DNA of 37,940 nt from a virus (Duplodnaviria; Heunggongvirae; Uroviricota; Caudoviricetes), in IMG/VR virus record IMGVR_UViG_2859783438_000005; one strand, 5' to 3'. A model generated the notes under the pieces. The model saw only the letters and a program-made list of their open reading frames with translations, was not told the DNA's origin and made no database searches. Below, piece after piece: positions 1-8,208 of this stretch. The stretch's first letter is position 1; each line of letters starts with the position of its first letter. The position numbers and the translations under genes were made by a program.

Positions 1-981
1 CTAACGTCCTGCTTTTAACAATAACCAGATAAACACCGGCGCACCCAACGTTGCGGTGACCACGCCAATAGGCAGCTCTGCGGCAGCTAATGCCAGGCGC
101 GCTACAATATCGGCCAGCAGCACTGCGCTCGCCCCTGCCAGCGCGCAGCCGGGAAGTAATACGCGATGATCGGTTAAACCACACAACCGAAGAATATGTG
201 GGATCACCAGACCAATAAAGCCGATAGCACCCGCCAGCGCCACACTGACGCCAACCATCCAGCCGGTCGCTGCCACCAGCACATTGCGCCAGAACCACAG
301 GGGTAAACCCAGTTGCCGCGCCGAGATCTCGCCAAGTGCTAACATATTCATCGGCCTGGACTGACAACAGATCCACAACAACACGGGGATCAATGCCAGC
401 ATCAGCCAGCTTTGCCGCCAGTCTACGCCGCCAAAACCGCCCATCATCCAGTACATCAGCTGACGTAAATCAACAGAGGTGGAAAAGTAGATAGCCCACG
501 TCATTAGTGCGCTACAGATAATCCCTAATGCAACGCCAGCCAGCAATAACCGACTGGTCGAAAGATGACGACGGGCGAAACGTAAGAGTATTAAAGTGAT
601 GATAAGCGCGCCAGCAATCGCACACAGCCCTAGCGCCCAGTTGGGGAGTTGCCCTTGCCCAAGCAATACCGCGGCGATAAGCCCCACGCCTGCGCCGTTA
701 GAGACGCCAAGTAGTCCAGGTTCTGCCAGAGGATTTTCAAACAACGCCTGCATTACAGCGCCGGATATAGCCAGCGCCGCACCAACCAGCAATACAGCCA
801 GCGTACGTGGCAGGCGAATTTGCCAGACGAACAGTTCGCCACGAGGAGTAAACCAGTCACCTGGCGAAATCCATTGTTCACCGGCGCAAAGGCTTAAGAG
901 AAGCGCCAGCAGCATCAAAACTGACAGGCATAATAACCAGCGAATATTTTGTCGCTGTTGTTGGCGGGCAAGTGTCAGCAT
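1..981 (-). CDS. btuC: vitamin B12 ABC transporter permease BtuC
   Basis: 326-aa ORF from the track; translation ([24 protein letters not shown]...) is a polytopic membrane protein I recognise as essentially identical to enterobacterial BtuC. Confidence 0.93.
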   Translation of the reverse strand: MLTLARQQQRQNIRWLLCLSVLMLLALLLSLCAGEQWISPGDWFTPRGELFVWQIRLPRTLAVLLVGAALAISGAVMQALFENPLAEPGLLGVSNGAGVGLIAAVLLGQGQLPNWALGLCAIAGALIITLILLRFARRHLSTSRLLLAGVALGIICSALMTWAIYFSTSVDLRQLMYWMMGGFGGVDWRQSWLMLALIPVLLWICCQSRPMNMLALGEISARQLGLPLWFWRNVLVAATGWMVGVSVALAGAIGFIGLVIPHILRLCGLTDHRVLLPGCALAGASAVLLADIVARLALAAAELPIGVVTATLGAPVFIWLLLKAGR

Positions 982-1038
982 GGTATCCGTTCTGCTGAAG
1001 TGTCATGGCGTTGATTTTACGGTGACTCTTCGACAGTG

Positions 1039-1064
1039 AAAAGAAAAAAGGCCGCAGAGCGGCC
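1039..1064 (-). terminator. putative rho-independent terminator between prophage cargo and btuC
   Basis: GC hairpin ggccg-cagag-cggcc preceded on the plus strand by an A-run (a U-run after the hairpin on the minus-strand transcript). Confidence 0.45.
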
Positions 1065-1173
1065 ATAAACACAAACAAAAATCAATAAGTTAGGTAATTA
1101 TCAAAGACTTACAGACACACAAAAACACAGCCAACCACAACAAATAACAGAGATGTGGTCAATTTGTGGATCA

Positions 1174-1728
1174 TCAGCCAACAAATTTAGCAACAAATAC
1201 AGCAACCGCCGCTGTGAAAATGGTTGTGCACACTGGCACAATAATGCCACTCCAACGCCACTTCGTATTATCATCAACCTTGTCAAACCGCCGATTCATC
1301 TCATCCATAATCTTGTCAAAGCGTTTATCCATCGCTTCGGTAAGCTCACCCTTCAGGCTGTTAATGTCTGATTTGAGCTGCTCTTTCAGGTTAGCTGTAT
1401 CAGATTTAAGCTCACCTTTCAGATTCGCAATATCGCATTCAAGATCACCTTTCAGATGTGCTATGTCTGCTTTGAGTTCACCTTTCACCTCACCAACATC
1501 GGCTTTAGTTGAGAGGTTTGTAGTGCGTTCAGCAAGCGTCGCAAGGTCGTTTCTTGTTAGCGATAAATCACCTTCGAGCCGCTCAATTCGCCTTTCAAGT
1601 TTATCTGACATTCCGCCTCCACTACTGCCGCCATCGCCACCATGATAAAGCACATCACGCTCAGAATGCGACACACTACCTGCTGAATTACCGAAAAGAT
1701 TTCTTGCTACATTACCCATTATCACCAT
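1174..1728 (-). CDS. coiled-coil, C-terminally membrane-anchored protein with 11-residue repeats (function unknown)
   Basis: 184-aa ORF; Gly/Ser-rich N-terminus, four to five 11-aa repeats (KGELKADIAHL / KGDLECDIANL / KGELKSDTANL / KEQLKSDINSL), single hydrophobic C-terminal segment (IIVPVCTTIFTAAVAVFVAKFV). Confidence 0.6.
   Translation of the reverse strand: MVIMGNVARNLFGNSAGSVSHSERDVLYHGGDGGSSGGGMSDKLERRIERLEGDLSLTRNDLATLAERTTNLSTKADVGEVKGELKADIAHLKGDLECDIANLKGELKSDTANLKEQLKSDINSLKGELTEAMDKRFDKIMDEMNRRFDKVDDNTKWRWSGIIVPVCTTIFTAAVAVFVAKFVG
1343..1487. repeat. 33-bp imperfect tandem repeats (coding, 11-codon units)
   Basis: visible periodic repetition of ...agctcacctttcagat... units in the DNA matching the 11-aa protein repeats; approximate limits. 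Confidence 0.5.
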
Positions 1729-1903
1729 CCTGCGCTTTGTCTTTCTCCAACCACTTCAGCACCGCAGACGTACGATAAAGGCTCAGGTAACCACAATTCA
1801 GGCAATGCAGCGTGTAATAAGTTTTGCGCATATCAGGTATGCTCTTAACATCACCCAAAAAAGCATAAGATACATAATGCTTTATGTTCTCTTTAATTAA
1901 CTC

Positions 1904-2157
1904 TGAAGTGGCACACTGAATTTGGCCACCTGAACAGAGGTGATATGCTCACCTCAGAACAACACAGGTGCTCCAATGAAAAAAAGAAATTTTAGCGCAG
2001 AGTTTAAACGCGAATCCGCTCAACTGGTTGACTATATCGTTGGATATTACAGCGCACTAAGACCGCACGAATATAACGGTGGGTTACCCCCAAACGAATC
2101 GGAAAATCGATACTGGAAAAACTCTAACTCGGTGGCCAGTTTTTGTTGACCACTTCA
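1904..2157 (+). mobile_element. miniature internally deleted IS911-like element (IS3 family) with 3-bp target duplication
   Basis: imperfect terminal inverted repeats tgaagtggcacactgaatttggccacc (left) and ggtggccagtttttgttgaccacttca (right, reverse complement tgaagtggtcaacaaaaactggccacc); flanked by CTC direct repeats at 1901-1903 and 2158-2160; internal ORF begins [18 protein letters not shown] as in IS911 OrfA. Confidence 0.7.
1940..2149 (+). pseudogene. remnant transposase ORF (IS911 OrfA N-terminus fused to an IS3-family OrfB C-terminal tail)
   Basis: 69-aa ORF; OrfA-like start [18 protein letters not shown] joined directly to ...[33 protein letters not shown]; far too short to encode a functional transposase. 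Confidence 0.55.
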
Positions 2158-2469
2158 CTCACTCTGTTCCTCCAGGGGTAGATTGTTAAAATTTTCTGGT
2201 TTCTTATTTTTATCCCAGCAAAGATCCATACTTTCTGGAACAGATAATCGCGACGATCCACATGAAGGGCAGACACTGGAGACCCCCTTCTCAGACAAGA
2301 AACGGAAGAAGATTTCTGGCGTAATCTCCATCAGCCGCTCTTTATGTTTTTTGACACGACTCATCGACTTCTTATTGATTTCATCAGCTTCTTCTTTGCA
2401 TTTATCTTCTATATATTTCGATAGTAAATAGTCATATAACTCTTTTTTTGTAGGTTTTTTTATTTCCAT
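2155..2469 (-). CDS. lysine-rich small protein with CPSCG zinc-ribbon-like motif, C-terminally truncated by the IS911-like insertion
   Basis: 104-aa ORF in AT-rich DNA; GGAGG RBS 9 nt upstream; starts 2 nt after the int stop; stop codon TGA is supplied by the IS terminal sequence. Confidence 0.55.
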   Translation of the reverse strand: MEIKKPTKKELYDYLLSKYIEDKCKEEADEINKKSMSRVKKHKERLMEITPEIFFRFLSEKGVSSVCPSCGSSRLSVPESMDLCWDKNKKPENFNNLPLEEQSE

Positions 2470-2471
2470 AG

Positions 2472-3449
2472 TTACATTCCTCCCAAGGGATTAAACCTCA
2501 CCGCATCCTGCAAGTAATCCGGCGCAAGATGGGCATAAATCATCGTTGTCTGAATCTTTGCGTGCCCCAGAATTTTCTGGAGCGTCAGAATATTGCCGCC
2601 GTTCATCATGAAATGACTGGCGAAGGTGTGGCGCAGCGCATGAACAGCCTGGCCGTCAGGAACATCAGGTGCGACCGTTTTGATGACATCGCGAACCAAT
2701 GAATAATCCAGCGTCGGAAACACCAGTTTCCCGCCCCGTTTTTTGATCTTTTCAAACAGGCTTTCAGAAATAGGAACGGTACGGTTTTTGCTGTTCTTCG
2801 TTTTTGAAAAAGTGATTCGACAATGAAGAACACGGCGCTGCTCCAGTGCCGCTACCTCGCCCCATCGCGCCCCGGTCGACAGAAGGATTTCGACGGCCAG
2901 CCGTTCATCGGGATTTTCAGCCAGTGCATCCAGCAACTGAACACATTCAGACTTACTCAGATATCCCATTTCACGCTCGTTAACCTTCATTCCTTTAAGG
3001 CCTTGAACGGGGTTATCGTTAAGAAAATGGCCGGATGAGATGAGTGCGGTAAACATCGCGCTTAACGCCCCAATCTCTCGATTTATGGTGCTGGGCTGTA
3101 TCCCCTGCTCTATCCTGGACACACGTAGCTCGGTGAGCATCGTTGTATTAAGTTTATGCACGCACGGGTCATCCATTGCCTCACTCAAGCGCAGCAATTT
3201 AAGGCGCGTGTTATGCCCTGACTTCATTAGCTGGCCGTGGTATTTCCACCACAAGTCAATAAGCACTGACAGCGGACGGCGATCAATGGAGTTTCCTTTC
3301 CACTCATTGTTATGCTGTTGCGCCAGCACCCACCGCTCATATAAAACTGCATCCGATTTCGTTTTAAATTTTTTGCGAATGCGTTTGCCTTTACGCCCCT
3401 CAGGACGCATGTCAAGAAGATACCCTCCCGGAATTGATTTTATGCTCAT
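2472..3449 (-). CDS. int: P2-type tyrosine integrase
   Basis: track ORF 2472..3599 trimmed to the Met at MSIKSIPGGYLLDMRPEG; C-terminal catalytic region with HALRHTFASHF...LGHAKIQTTMIYAHL (R-H-R-Y signature); about 325 aa, as for P2 Int. Confidence 0.9.
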   Translation of the reverse strand: MSIKSIPGGYLLDMRPEGRKGKRIRKKFKTKSDAVLYERWVLAQQHNNEWKGNSIDRRPLSVLIDLWWKYHGQLMKSGHNTRLKLLRLSEAMDDPCVHKLNTTMLTELRVSRIEQGIQPSTINREIGALSAMFTALISSGHFLNDNPVQGLKGMKVNEREMGYLSKSECVQLLDALAENPDERLAVEILLSTGARWGEVAALEQRRVLHCRITFSKTKNSKNRTVPISESLFEKIKKRGGKLVFPTLDYSLVRDVIKTVAPDVPDGQAVHALRHTFASHFMMNGGNILTLQKILGHAKIQTTMIYAHLAPDYLQDAVRFNPLGGM

Positions 3450-3498
3450 TCGTGAAGCCCCAGCGTTACAAGACCACCATGCCCCCAGCGTTCCATGA

Positions 3499-3810
3499 TT
3501 AGCCGGGCTGTGTGCCAGTCTTGCGGGATTTTTGAGAAGACGATGTGTTTTCTGGCCCATCAGGGGAGAGAGAAGGACTGATCTGCCCAGCAGCCTCATT
3601 TGTTTCGTTACTCATCAACCACGTAGTGTATTTTTTAAATTCCGGGTGCATTGTGATTTTCAGTAAAACCTCCGTTCCCACACCTCGAATACCAGTCTCG
3701 TATTGCTTAACCGTACCAACCGCAATACCTATTGAATCCGCGAACTTTGCCTGACTAAGCCCCTCAGATTCTCGAATTGCTTTTAGCTTCTTTGATATCT
3801 CTATTGACAT
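3499..3810 (-). CDS. C: immunity repressor (P2 C-like helix-turn-helix repressor)
   Basis: track ORF 3499..3912 trimmed to Met MSIEISKKLKAIRESEGLSQAKFADSIGIAVGTVKQYETG (HTH, Cro/C1-type); upstream of int, divergent from the early operon. Confidence 0.8.
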   Translation of the reverse strand: MSIEISKKLKAIRESEGLSQAKFADSIGIAVGTVKQYETGIRGVGTEVLLKITMHPEFKKYTTWLMSNETNEAAGQISPSLSPDGPENTSSSQKSRKTGTQPG

Positions 3811-3905
3811 GGTGTGCACCTGAATACTATATTGGTTATCAGTTGAGTGCCACTTGACGCTACAAAGAGCCACAAATAGCACCAGATTGAATAGGTTATC
3901 ACACC
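3811..3905. promoter_or_regulatory. divergent early control region (Pc/Pe-like) with direct-repeat operator candidates
   Basis: 95-bp gap between divergent repressor and early-operon starts; two copies of GGTTATCA in direct orientation (attggttatcag / ataggttatcac); promoter hexamers not confidently assigned. Confidence 0.4.
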
Positions 3906-4184
3906 ATGGCAAAAGTCCTTAACACATACGAACAAGCGGATTTTGAGCGTTTGGCGGCGTTCTACCCATACCGTAATGAACATGGGCTACCGGTACTTGA
4001 AGAAAGCCTAGAGGATTATGCGAAACGCACAAATCAAAGCATTCTCGCTGTAAGAAGGCAGGCTGATAGATCGGTAATTCCCGTTACTCAAGAAGGAAGA
4101 AACACAAAACGCAAAGTAAATCTCTTCGCAATTTTCCTGAAAACCATCAGAAACGCAGAGAAATACGTGCAGATGACAAAATAA
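3906..4184 (+). CDS. first early-operon gene, Cox/Apl-position small regulator (putative)
   Basis: 92-aa ORF directly divergent from the repressor; assignment by position only, sequence not recognised. Confidence 0.5.
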   Translation: MAKVLNTYEQADFERLAAFYPYRNEHGLPVLEESLEDYAKRTNQSILAVRRQADRSVIPVTQEGRNTKRKVNLFAIFLKTIRNAEKYVQMTK

Positions 4185-4198
4185 CGAGGTGTCATTTT

Positions 4199-4537
4199 AT
4201 GCTGAAGCAACGCCGTAATTTTTGTACCGGAACAGAACGCCACGCTAACCGTTTCACTACCAGTGCATCACGCAGCAACATCCGCTACAGCCTGAGTGAT
4301 ACACACGCAACGCCGGATGGCTACCCAGTAAAACAAATCGGCGAGCACGCCTGGCTGATTGAGAAAGCTGGAATCGTGATCCACAAATGCCCACGCAATC
4401 CGTTTACCGGAAACCGCATTTTTGCACTGAGCTGTGGCGACAATCAGTTCGGGCAGGATTTCACATTATACGAAGCACTTCGCACGGTTGATCGTCTGCT
4501 TCGCGGGCAAAGTTTTATTAAACAGGCTGATTTATAA
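4199..4537 (+). CDS. hypothetical early protein
   Basis: 112-aa ORF with GAGGTG RBS about 10 nt upstream. Confidence 0.5.
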   Translation: MLKQRRNFCTGTERHANRFTTSASRSNIRYSLSDTHATPDGYPVKQIGEHAWLIEKAGIVIHKCPRNPFTGNRIFALSCGDNQFGQDFTLYEALRTVDRLLRGQSFIKQADL

Positions 4538-4547
4538 CAGGTGCTTT

Positions 4548-4835
4548 ATGACCAAAGACAATGCACAAGGTGTATTTATCCGTTTTATTGATTTTCGCGG
4601 TGAACTGTTATTACGTGCATCCGCTATTGACGGAGTGACTCCGGCGGGTAAAAACGGAGCCGACGAAGCCACTTACGTTTATCTGAACGGCACGCGACTG
4701 CTTGTGGAACTTCCGTACCAGACCGTACGAGAAATCATCAGCGAAGATGAAAAGGCACGCCAGGTTAATGGCGATGAACCCTATATCGAAATTATTTGTA
4801 TGGATTCAGAAGCTGAAATACAGAAAGCAGATTAA
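4548..4835 (+). CDS. hypothetical early protein
   Basis: track ORF 4434..4835 trimmed to Met MTKDNAQGVF which follows the previous stop by about 10 nt. Confidence 0.5.
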   Translation: MTKDNAQGVFIRFIDFRGELLLRASAIDGVTPAGKNGADEATYVYLNGTRLLVELPYQTVREIISEDEKARQVNGDEPYIEIICMDSEAEIQKAD

Positions 4836-4843
4836 AGGGCGTT

Positions 4844-5089
4844 GTGATGGGCAAAGAATATAAAACTCTCATTAACAAAGCACTTGAGCGTTTTTATTTT
4901 CGCTTAAGTGCATCAGGCGCTCATGCTGAACGTGCGGCCCGTGACTCATTGACCAGAGCAATCCGAAGTCTGTATGACGTGGCTTTTTACGCTGATGATC
5001 TGGATGCACTTAACGAACTTTCCGAGCTGATCTGTGCCGCAGAATGCGGGGAACATATTGAACCGTATAAGCTGGGAAATATCGCATGA
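4844..5089 (+). CDS. hypothetical early protein
   Basis: 81-aa ORF (GTG at 4844 or ATG at 4847); same strand and tight spacing with neighbours. Confidence 0.45.
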   Translation: MMGKEYKTLINKALERFYFRLSASGAHAERAARDSLTRAIRSLYDVAFYADDLDALNELSELICAAECGEHIEPYKLGNIA

Positions 5090-5199
5090 GTATATTTATT
5101 TCATGGCTTGTTCTGATTATTTCGGTGGTCTGCGCCATTGGGATTATGCGAATTATTAATTCAGTAAAAAAGATTGAACGCTTTTTCACTGAAGAATAA
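5086..5199 (+). CDS. putative 37-aa single-TM membrane peptide
   Basis: ATGA start/stop overlap with the previous ORF; translation MSIFISWLVLIISVVCAIGIMRIINSVKKIERFFTEE; not in the ORF track (below its length cut-off). Confidence 0.3.
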   Translation: MSIFISWLVLIISVVCAIGIMRIINSVKKIERFFTEE

Positions 5200-5285
5200 C
5201 CGCGCAAATAAGACCCTAGGTTAAATAAGAAAATGTGAAAACAATCCGCATTCGCGGAGGTATTCGCACACGCCAAGGAGGCGTA

Positions 5286-5525
5286 ATGGCAATTAAGCAT
5301 TTTCCTGTCGTTCGTTTCACCTCCAGAGGACGTGAATACGAAGTTGACGAACGCCTGATTACCACAATCGACAAACACCGTTCAGAAAAGGATGCACATC
5401 ATATCTATCTCACTGACGGCACTTACTTCTGCGCCACCAACGTGGTGCAGGTGAATCTTATCAGACAGGTACAGGATCACGCAGATGACCATTCTGGACT
5501 ACATCGCTGCCAATCCGGGTTGTAG
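5286..5525 (+). CDS. hypothetical early protein
   Basis: track ORF 5235..5525 trimmed to Met MAIKHFPVVRF preceded by a GGAGG RBS. Confidence 0.45.
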   Translation: MAIKHFPVVRFTSRGREYEVDERLITTIDKHRSEKDAHHIYLTDGTYFCATNVVQVNLIRQVQDHADDHSGLHRCQSGL

Positions 5526-5730
5526 CAGTGGAGAAATCGCCGCAGCACTGAATACACCAACCACAACCATTAATGCGGAGCTACGCCGTCTCTGGCGCAG
5601 CGGTTTAGTCACAAGAAAAGAGCGCAAAACAGGCGGTCGCTTTTCTTATCAGGTAAACCTGATGCCGTTTGGGTGTAGCAACCCACTAACCCAGATGTTC
5701 AACCAGCTACTGAGGGAAATCAGAGCATGA
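5485..5730 (+). CDS. small winged-helix-like DNA-binding protein (putative)
   Basis: 81-aa ORF MTILDYIAANPGCSSGEIAAALNTPTTTINAELRRLWRSGLVTRKERK (HTH-like pattern); overlaps the previous ORF by about 40 nt so the start is uncertain. Confidence 0.4.
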   Translation: MTILDYIAANPGCSSGEIAAALNTPTTTINAELRRLWRSGLVTRKERKTGGRFSYQVNLMPFGCSNPLTQMFNQLLREIRA

Positions 5731-5871
5731 GCACCTCCAACTGCCGGAAACCACGTCGGGCTTCAGCAGCTCATCCGGCAGCAAAACAAACTCCATTAAT
5801 TCCTGTTCCGGGCCTTTCCTGCACCTTGCGGCGGGAGGCCTTCGCACATCTGTAACAAGAGGATTGCCGCA

Positions 5872-6237
5872 ATGATTCTCGCCAACGACTTTCTTGAATA
5901 CCTGCTCAACACAGAGCGTGATCTTGCCGCTCGCGTGCGTGATCGTTATGACATGTACCTGAAATCCCTGCCTGTACCGCAGCTCGCTGACGGAAAGATT
6001 GTTATTGATGGTCGCTACATGATTGACAGCCACGAGGGAAATTACAGGCTTTACCGCATTGAAGGTGGCACCCCGTCCGTTATTGGCATTTACCAGCGCC
6101 CATCCTCTGCAATCGTCGATGTGATTGCCGACAGCATCCGCATCACACATCGCCATGCCGACACAGAAGACACCGTGCTGGAAATTCAGCGGCTGGCTAC
6201 AGTCTGCCGCGACACCCTGAATGGCATGACGAAGTAA
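5872..6237 (+). CDS. hypothetical early protein
   Basis: 121-aa ORF with AGAGG RBS; ends 6 nt before gene A. Confidence 0.5.
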   Translation: MILANDFLEYLLNTERDLAARVRDRYDMYLKSLPVPQLADGKIVIDGRYMIDSHEGNYRLYRIEGGTPSVIGIYQRPSSAIVDVIADSIRITHRHADTEDTVLEIQRLATVCRDTLNGMTK

Positions 6238-6243
6238 ATCACT

Positions 6244-8208
6244 ATGACGGCAGAGTACATCAGGGACTGGCAACAACCGCGCCACGCAGTGGGGCGTGAA
6301 GGAACGGGGATCCCCGCTCCTGAATCCGCGCTTTCCTCCTGGCTGGATGCCCACCGGGCAGAGAACGAGCGCCGCCAGGAAATGGCTGATGCGGCGTTCT
6401 CCGCCACGCCACTGGGCAACCTGATTAATAAAAGCCTGGACGCACAGGAAAAACAGGACAAAACCATCACACTGGCAGGAGACGCCAGAAAACAGGCACG
6501 CGGCGCGGTGGATGAAGCCATGGCCTCGCTGCGCCTGCTGCCGTCCTATCTGCGCGATCCGCTTATTCGCCACCTCTCCTTCCTGCGCAAAAAACAGGAA
6601 GCCGATCGCCGGAAAGGCAAAAAGAGCTGGCAGGCGGAACGCTATGCACGCGGAACCCTGCGCAAAATATTCGAACGTCTGGATCGCACTGACGGACACT
6701 GGCTGACACCGGGTTATCGCTCCCTTGCCGGACGTGAACGCCTGGACGATTTGCTTTACCTGCCGCAACTCAACAAACACCAGATACAGACGCTGGCCAC
6801 CATGACGGCGGCGATGTTCAGCAGCACCTTCGAAAAACTCTGCGATGGTTTTGGCGCGACTGATGGCGAGCTGACCATGGATGTAACGCTGAAGGCGTAT
6901 CAGATGCTGGCCCGCATGGCGTTACACTTACACGCCATGCCTCCGCATTATGACGCACTGACAACAGACAAAGACCGGAGGCACGAACCGGACACAGAAC
7001 TGCTGCCGGGCGCAATCCTTCGCCTGACCTGTGCGGAATGGTGGAAACGCAAACTGTGGCTGTTACGTTGCGAGTGGAGAGAAGAACAACTTCGCGCCGC
7101 CTGTCTGGTTTCCAGAAAAACATCGCCCTATCTGAGCCAGGACGCGTTAAGCGAGTTTCGCGCACAGCGCGAGAAAACACGCGATTTCCTGAAAAGTTTC
7201 ATGCTGGAAAATGAAGACGGGTTCACGATTGATCTCGAGACGGTGTATTACGCGGGAGTAAGTAACCCGGTTCACCGTAAGGCAGAAATGATGGCCACCA
7301 TGAAGGGGCTGGAACTTCTGGCCGAAGCCCGTGGCGACAAAGCGGTGTTTCTGACTGTCACCTGCCCGTCAAAATACCACGCCACAACGGAGAACGGTCA
7401 TCCGAATCCCAAATGGAACGGGGCCACAATGCGCGACTCCAGCGATTACCTGGTTAACACGTTTTTTGCGACGGTCCGCAAAAAACTGAACCGCGACGGC
7501 CTGCGCTGGTATGGCATCCGCACGGCGGAGCCTCACCATGACGGCACCGTGCACTGGCATATGATGGTCTTTGCTCATCCGGAAGAAATCGACACCATTG
7601 TGTCCCACACCCGCGATATTGCCATTCAGGAAGATCGTCACGAGCTGGGCGATGACATAACTCCGCGCTTTAAGGCGGAGTATGTAGACGGCTCAAAAGG
7701 CACGCCAACCAGCTACATCGCCACCTACATCGGGAAAAACCTGGACAGCCGCGCCGTGGATGGCATCGACCCGAAAACGGGCAAGCCACGCGTTGACCAC
7801 GAAACCGGAAAATCAATGGCCGAGAGCGTGGAACGCGCCATCGGCTGGGCGCGCCTTCACCGGGTCCGCCAGTTCCAGTTCTTTGGCATCCCCTCCCGCC
7901 AGGTATGGCGTGAACTGCGCCGCCTTGCCAGCCAGATGGCACGCAACCCGGAAGGCCCGCAACGGCTGAAGGATGACGCAATGGATGCGGTTCTTGCCGC
8001 CGCTGATGCCGGATGTTTTGCCACCTACATAGAGAAACAGGGCGGCGTACTTGTTCCACGCAAAGACTACCTGATTCGCACCGCCTACGACCTCGCCGAT
8101 GAGCTGAACGATTACGGCGAACAGAGCGTACAGATTTACGGGATCTGGTCACCACTCATCGGGGAATCCTCCGTGTGTGCACGCATCCGGATAACTGGAA
8201 GCTGGTAA
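6244..8208 (+). CDS. A: rolling-circle replication initiator endonuclease (P2 gpA family)
   Basis: 654-aa ORF; HUH-type motif region ...AEPHHDGTVHWHMMVFAHPEE... and the position at the end of the early operon match P2/186 A. Confidence 0.85.
   Translation: MTAEYIRDWQQPRHAVGREGTGIPAPESALSSWLDAHRAENERRQEMADAAFSATPLGNLINKSLDAQEKQDKTITLAGDARKQARGAVDEAMASLRLLPSYLRDPLIRHLSFLRKKQEADRRKGKKSWQAERYARGTLRKIFERLDRTDGHWLTPGYRSLAGRERLDDLLYLPQLNKHQIQTLATMTAAMFSSTFEKLCDGFGATDGELTMDVTLKAYQMLARMALHLHAMPPHYDALTTDKDRRHEPDTELLPGAILRLTCAEWWKRKLWLLRCEWREEQLRAACLVSRKTSPYLSQDALSEFRAQREKTRDFLKSFMLENEDGFTIDLETVYYAGVSNPVHRKAEMMATMKGLELLAEARGDKAVFLTVTCPSKYHATTENGHPNPKWNGATMRDSSDYLVNTFFATVRKKLNRDGLRWYGIRTAEPHHDGTVHWHMMVFAHPEEIDTIVSHTRDIAIQEDRHELGDDITPRFKAEYVDGSKGTPTSYIATYIGKNLDSRAVDGIDPKTGKPRVDHETGKSMAESVERAIGWARLHRVRQFQFFGIPSRQVWRELRRLASQMARNPEGPQRLKDDAMDAVLAAADAGCFATYIEKQGGVLVPRKDYLIRTAYDLADELNDYGEQSVQIYGIWSPLIGESSVCARIRITGSW

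Noticed and set aside
1343-1487. Possible CRISPR array suggested by regular ~33-bp repetition
   Set aside because: The repeats are contiguous without spacers, lie inside an ORF and encode 11-residue coiled-coil repeats; not a CRISPR array.
5707-6780. 357-aa minus-strand ORF in the track
   Set aside because: Overlaps, on the opposite strand, the co-directional early ORFs and the 5' part of gene A, which have RBSs and a recognisable product; no RBS or family resemblance for the antisense frame.
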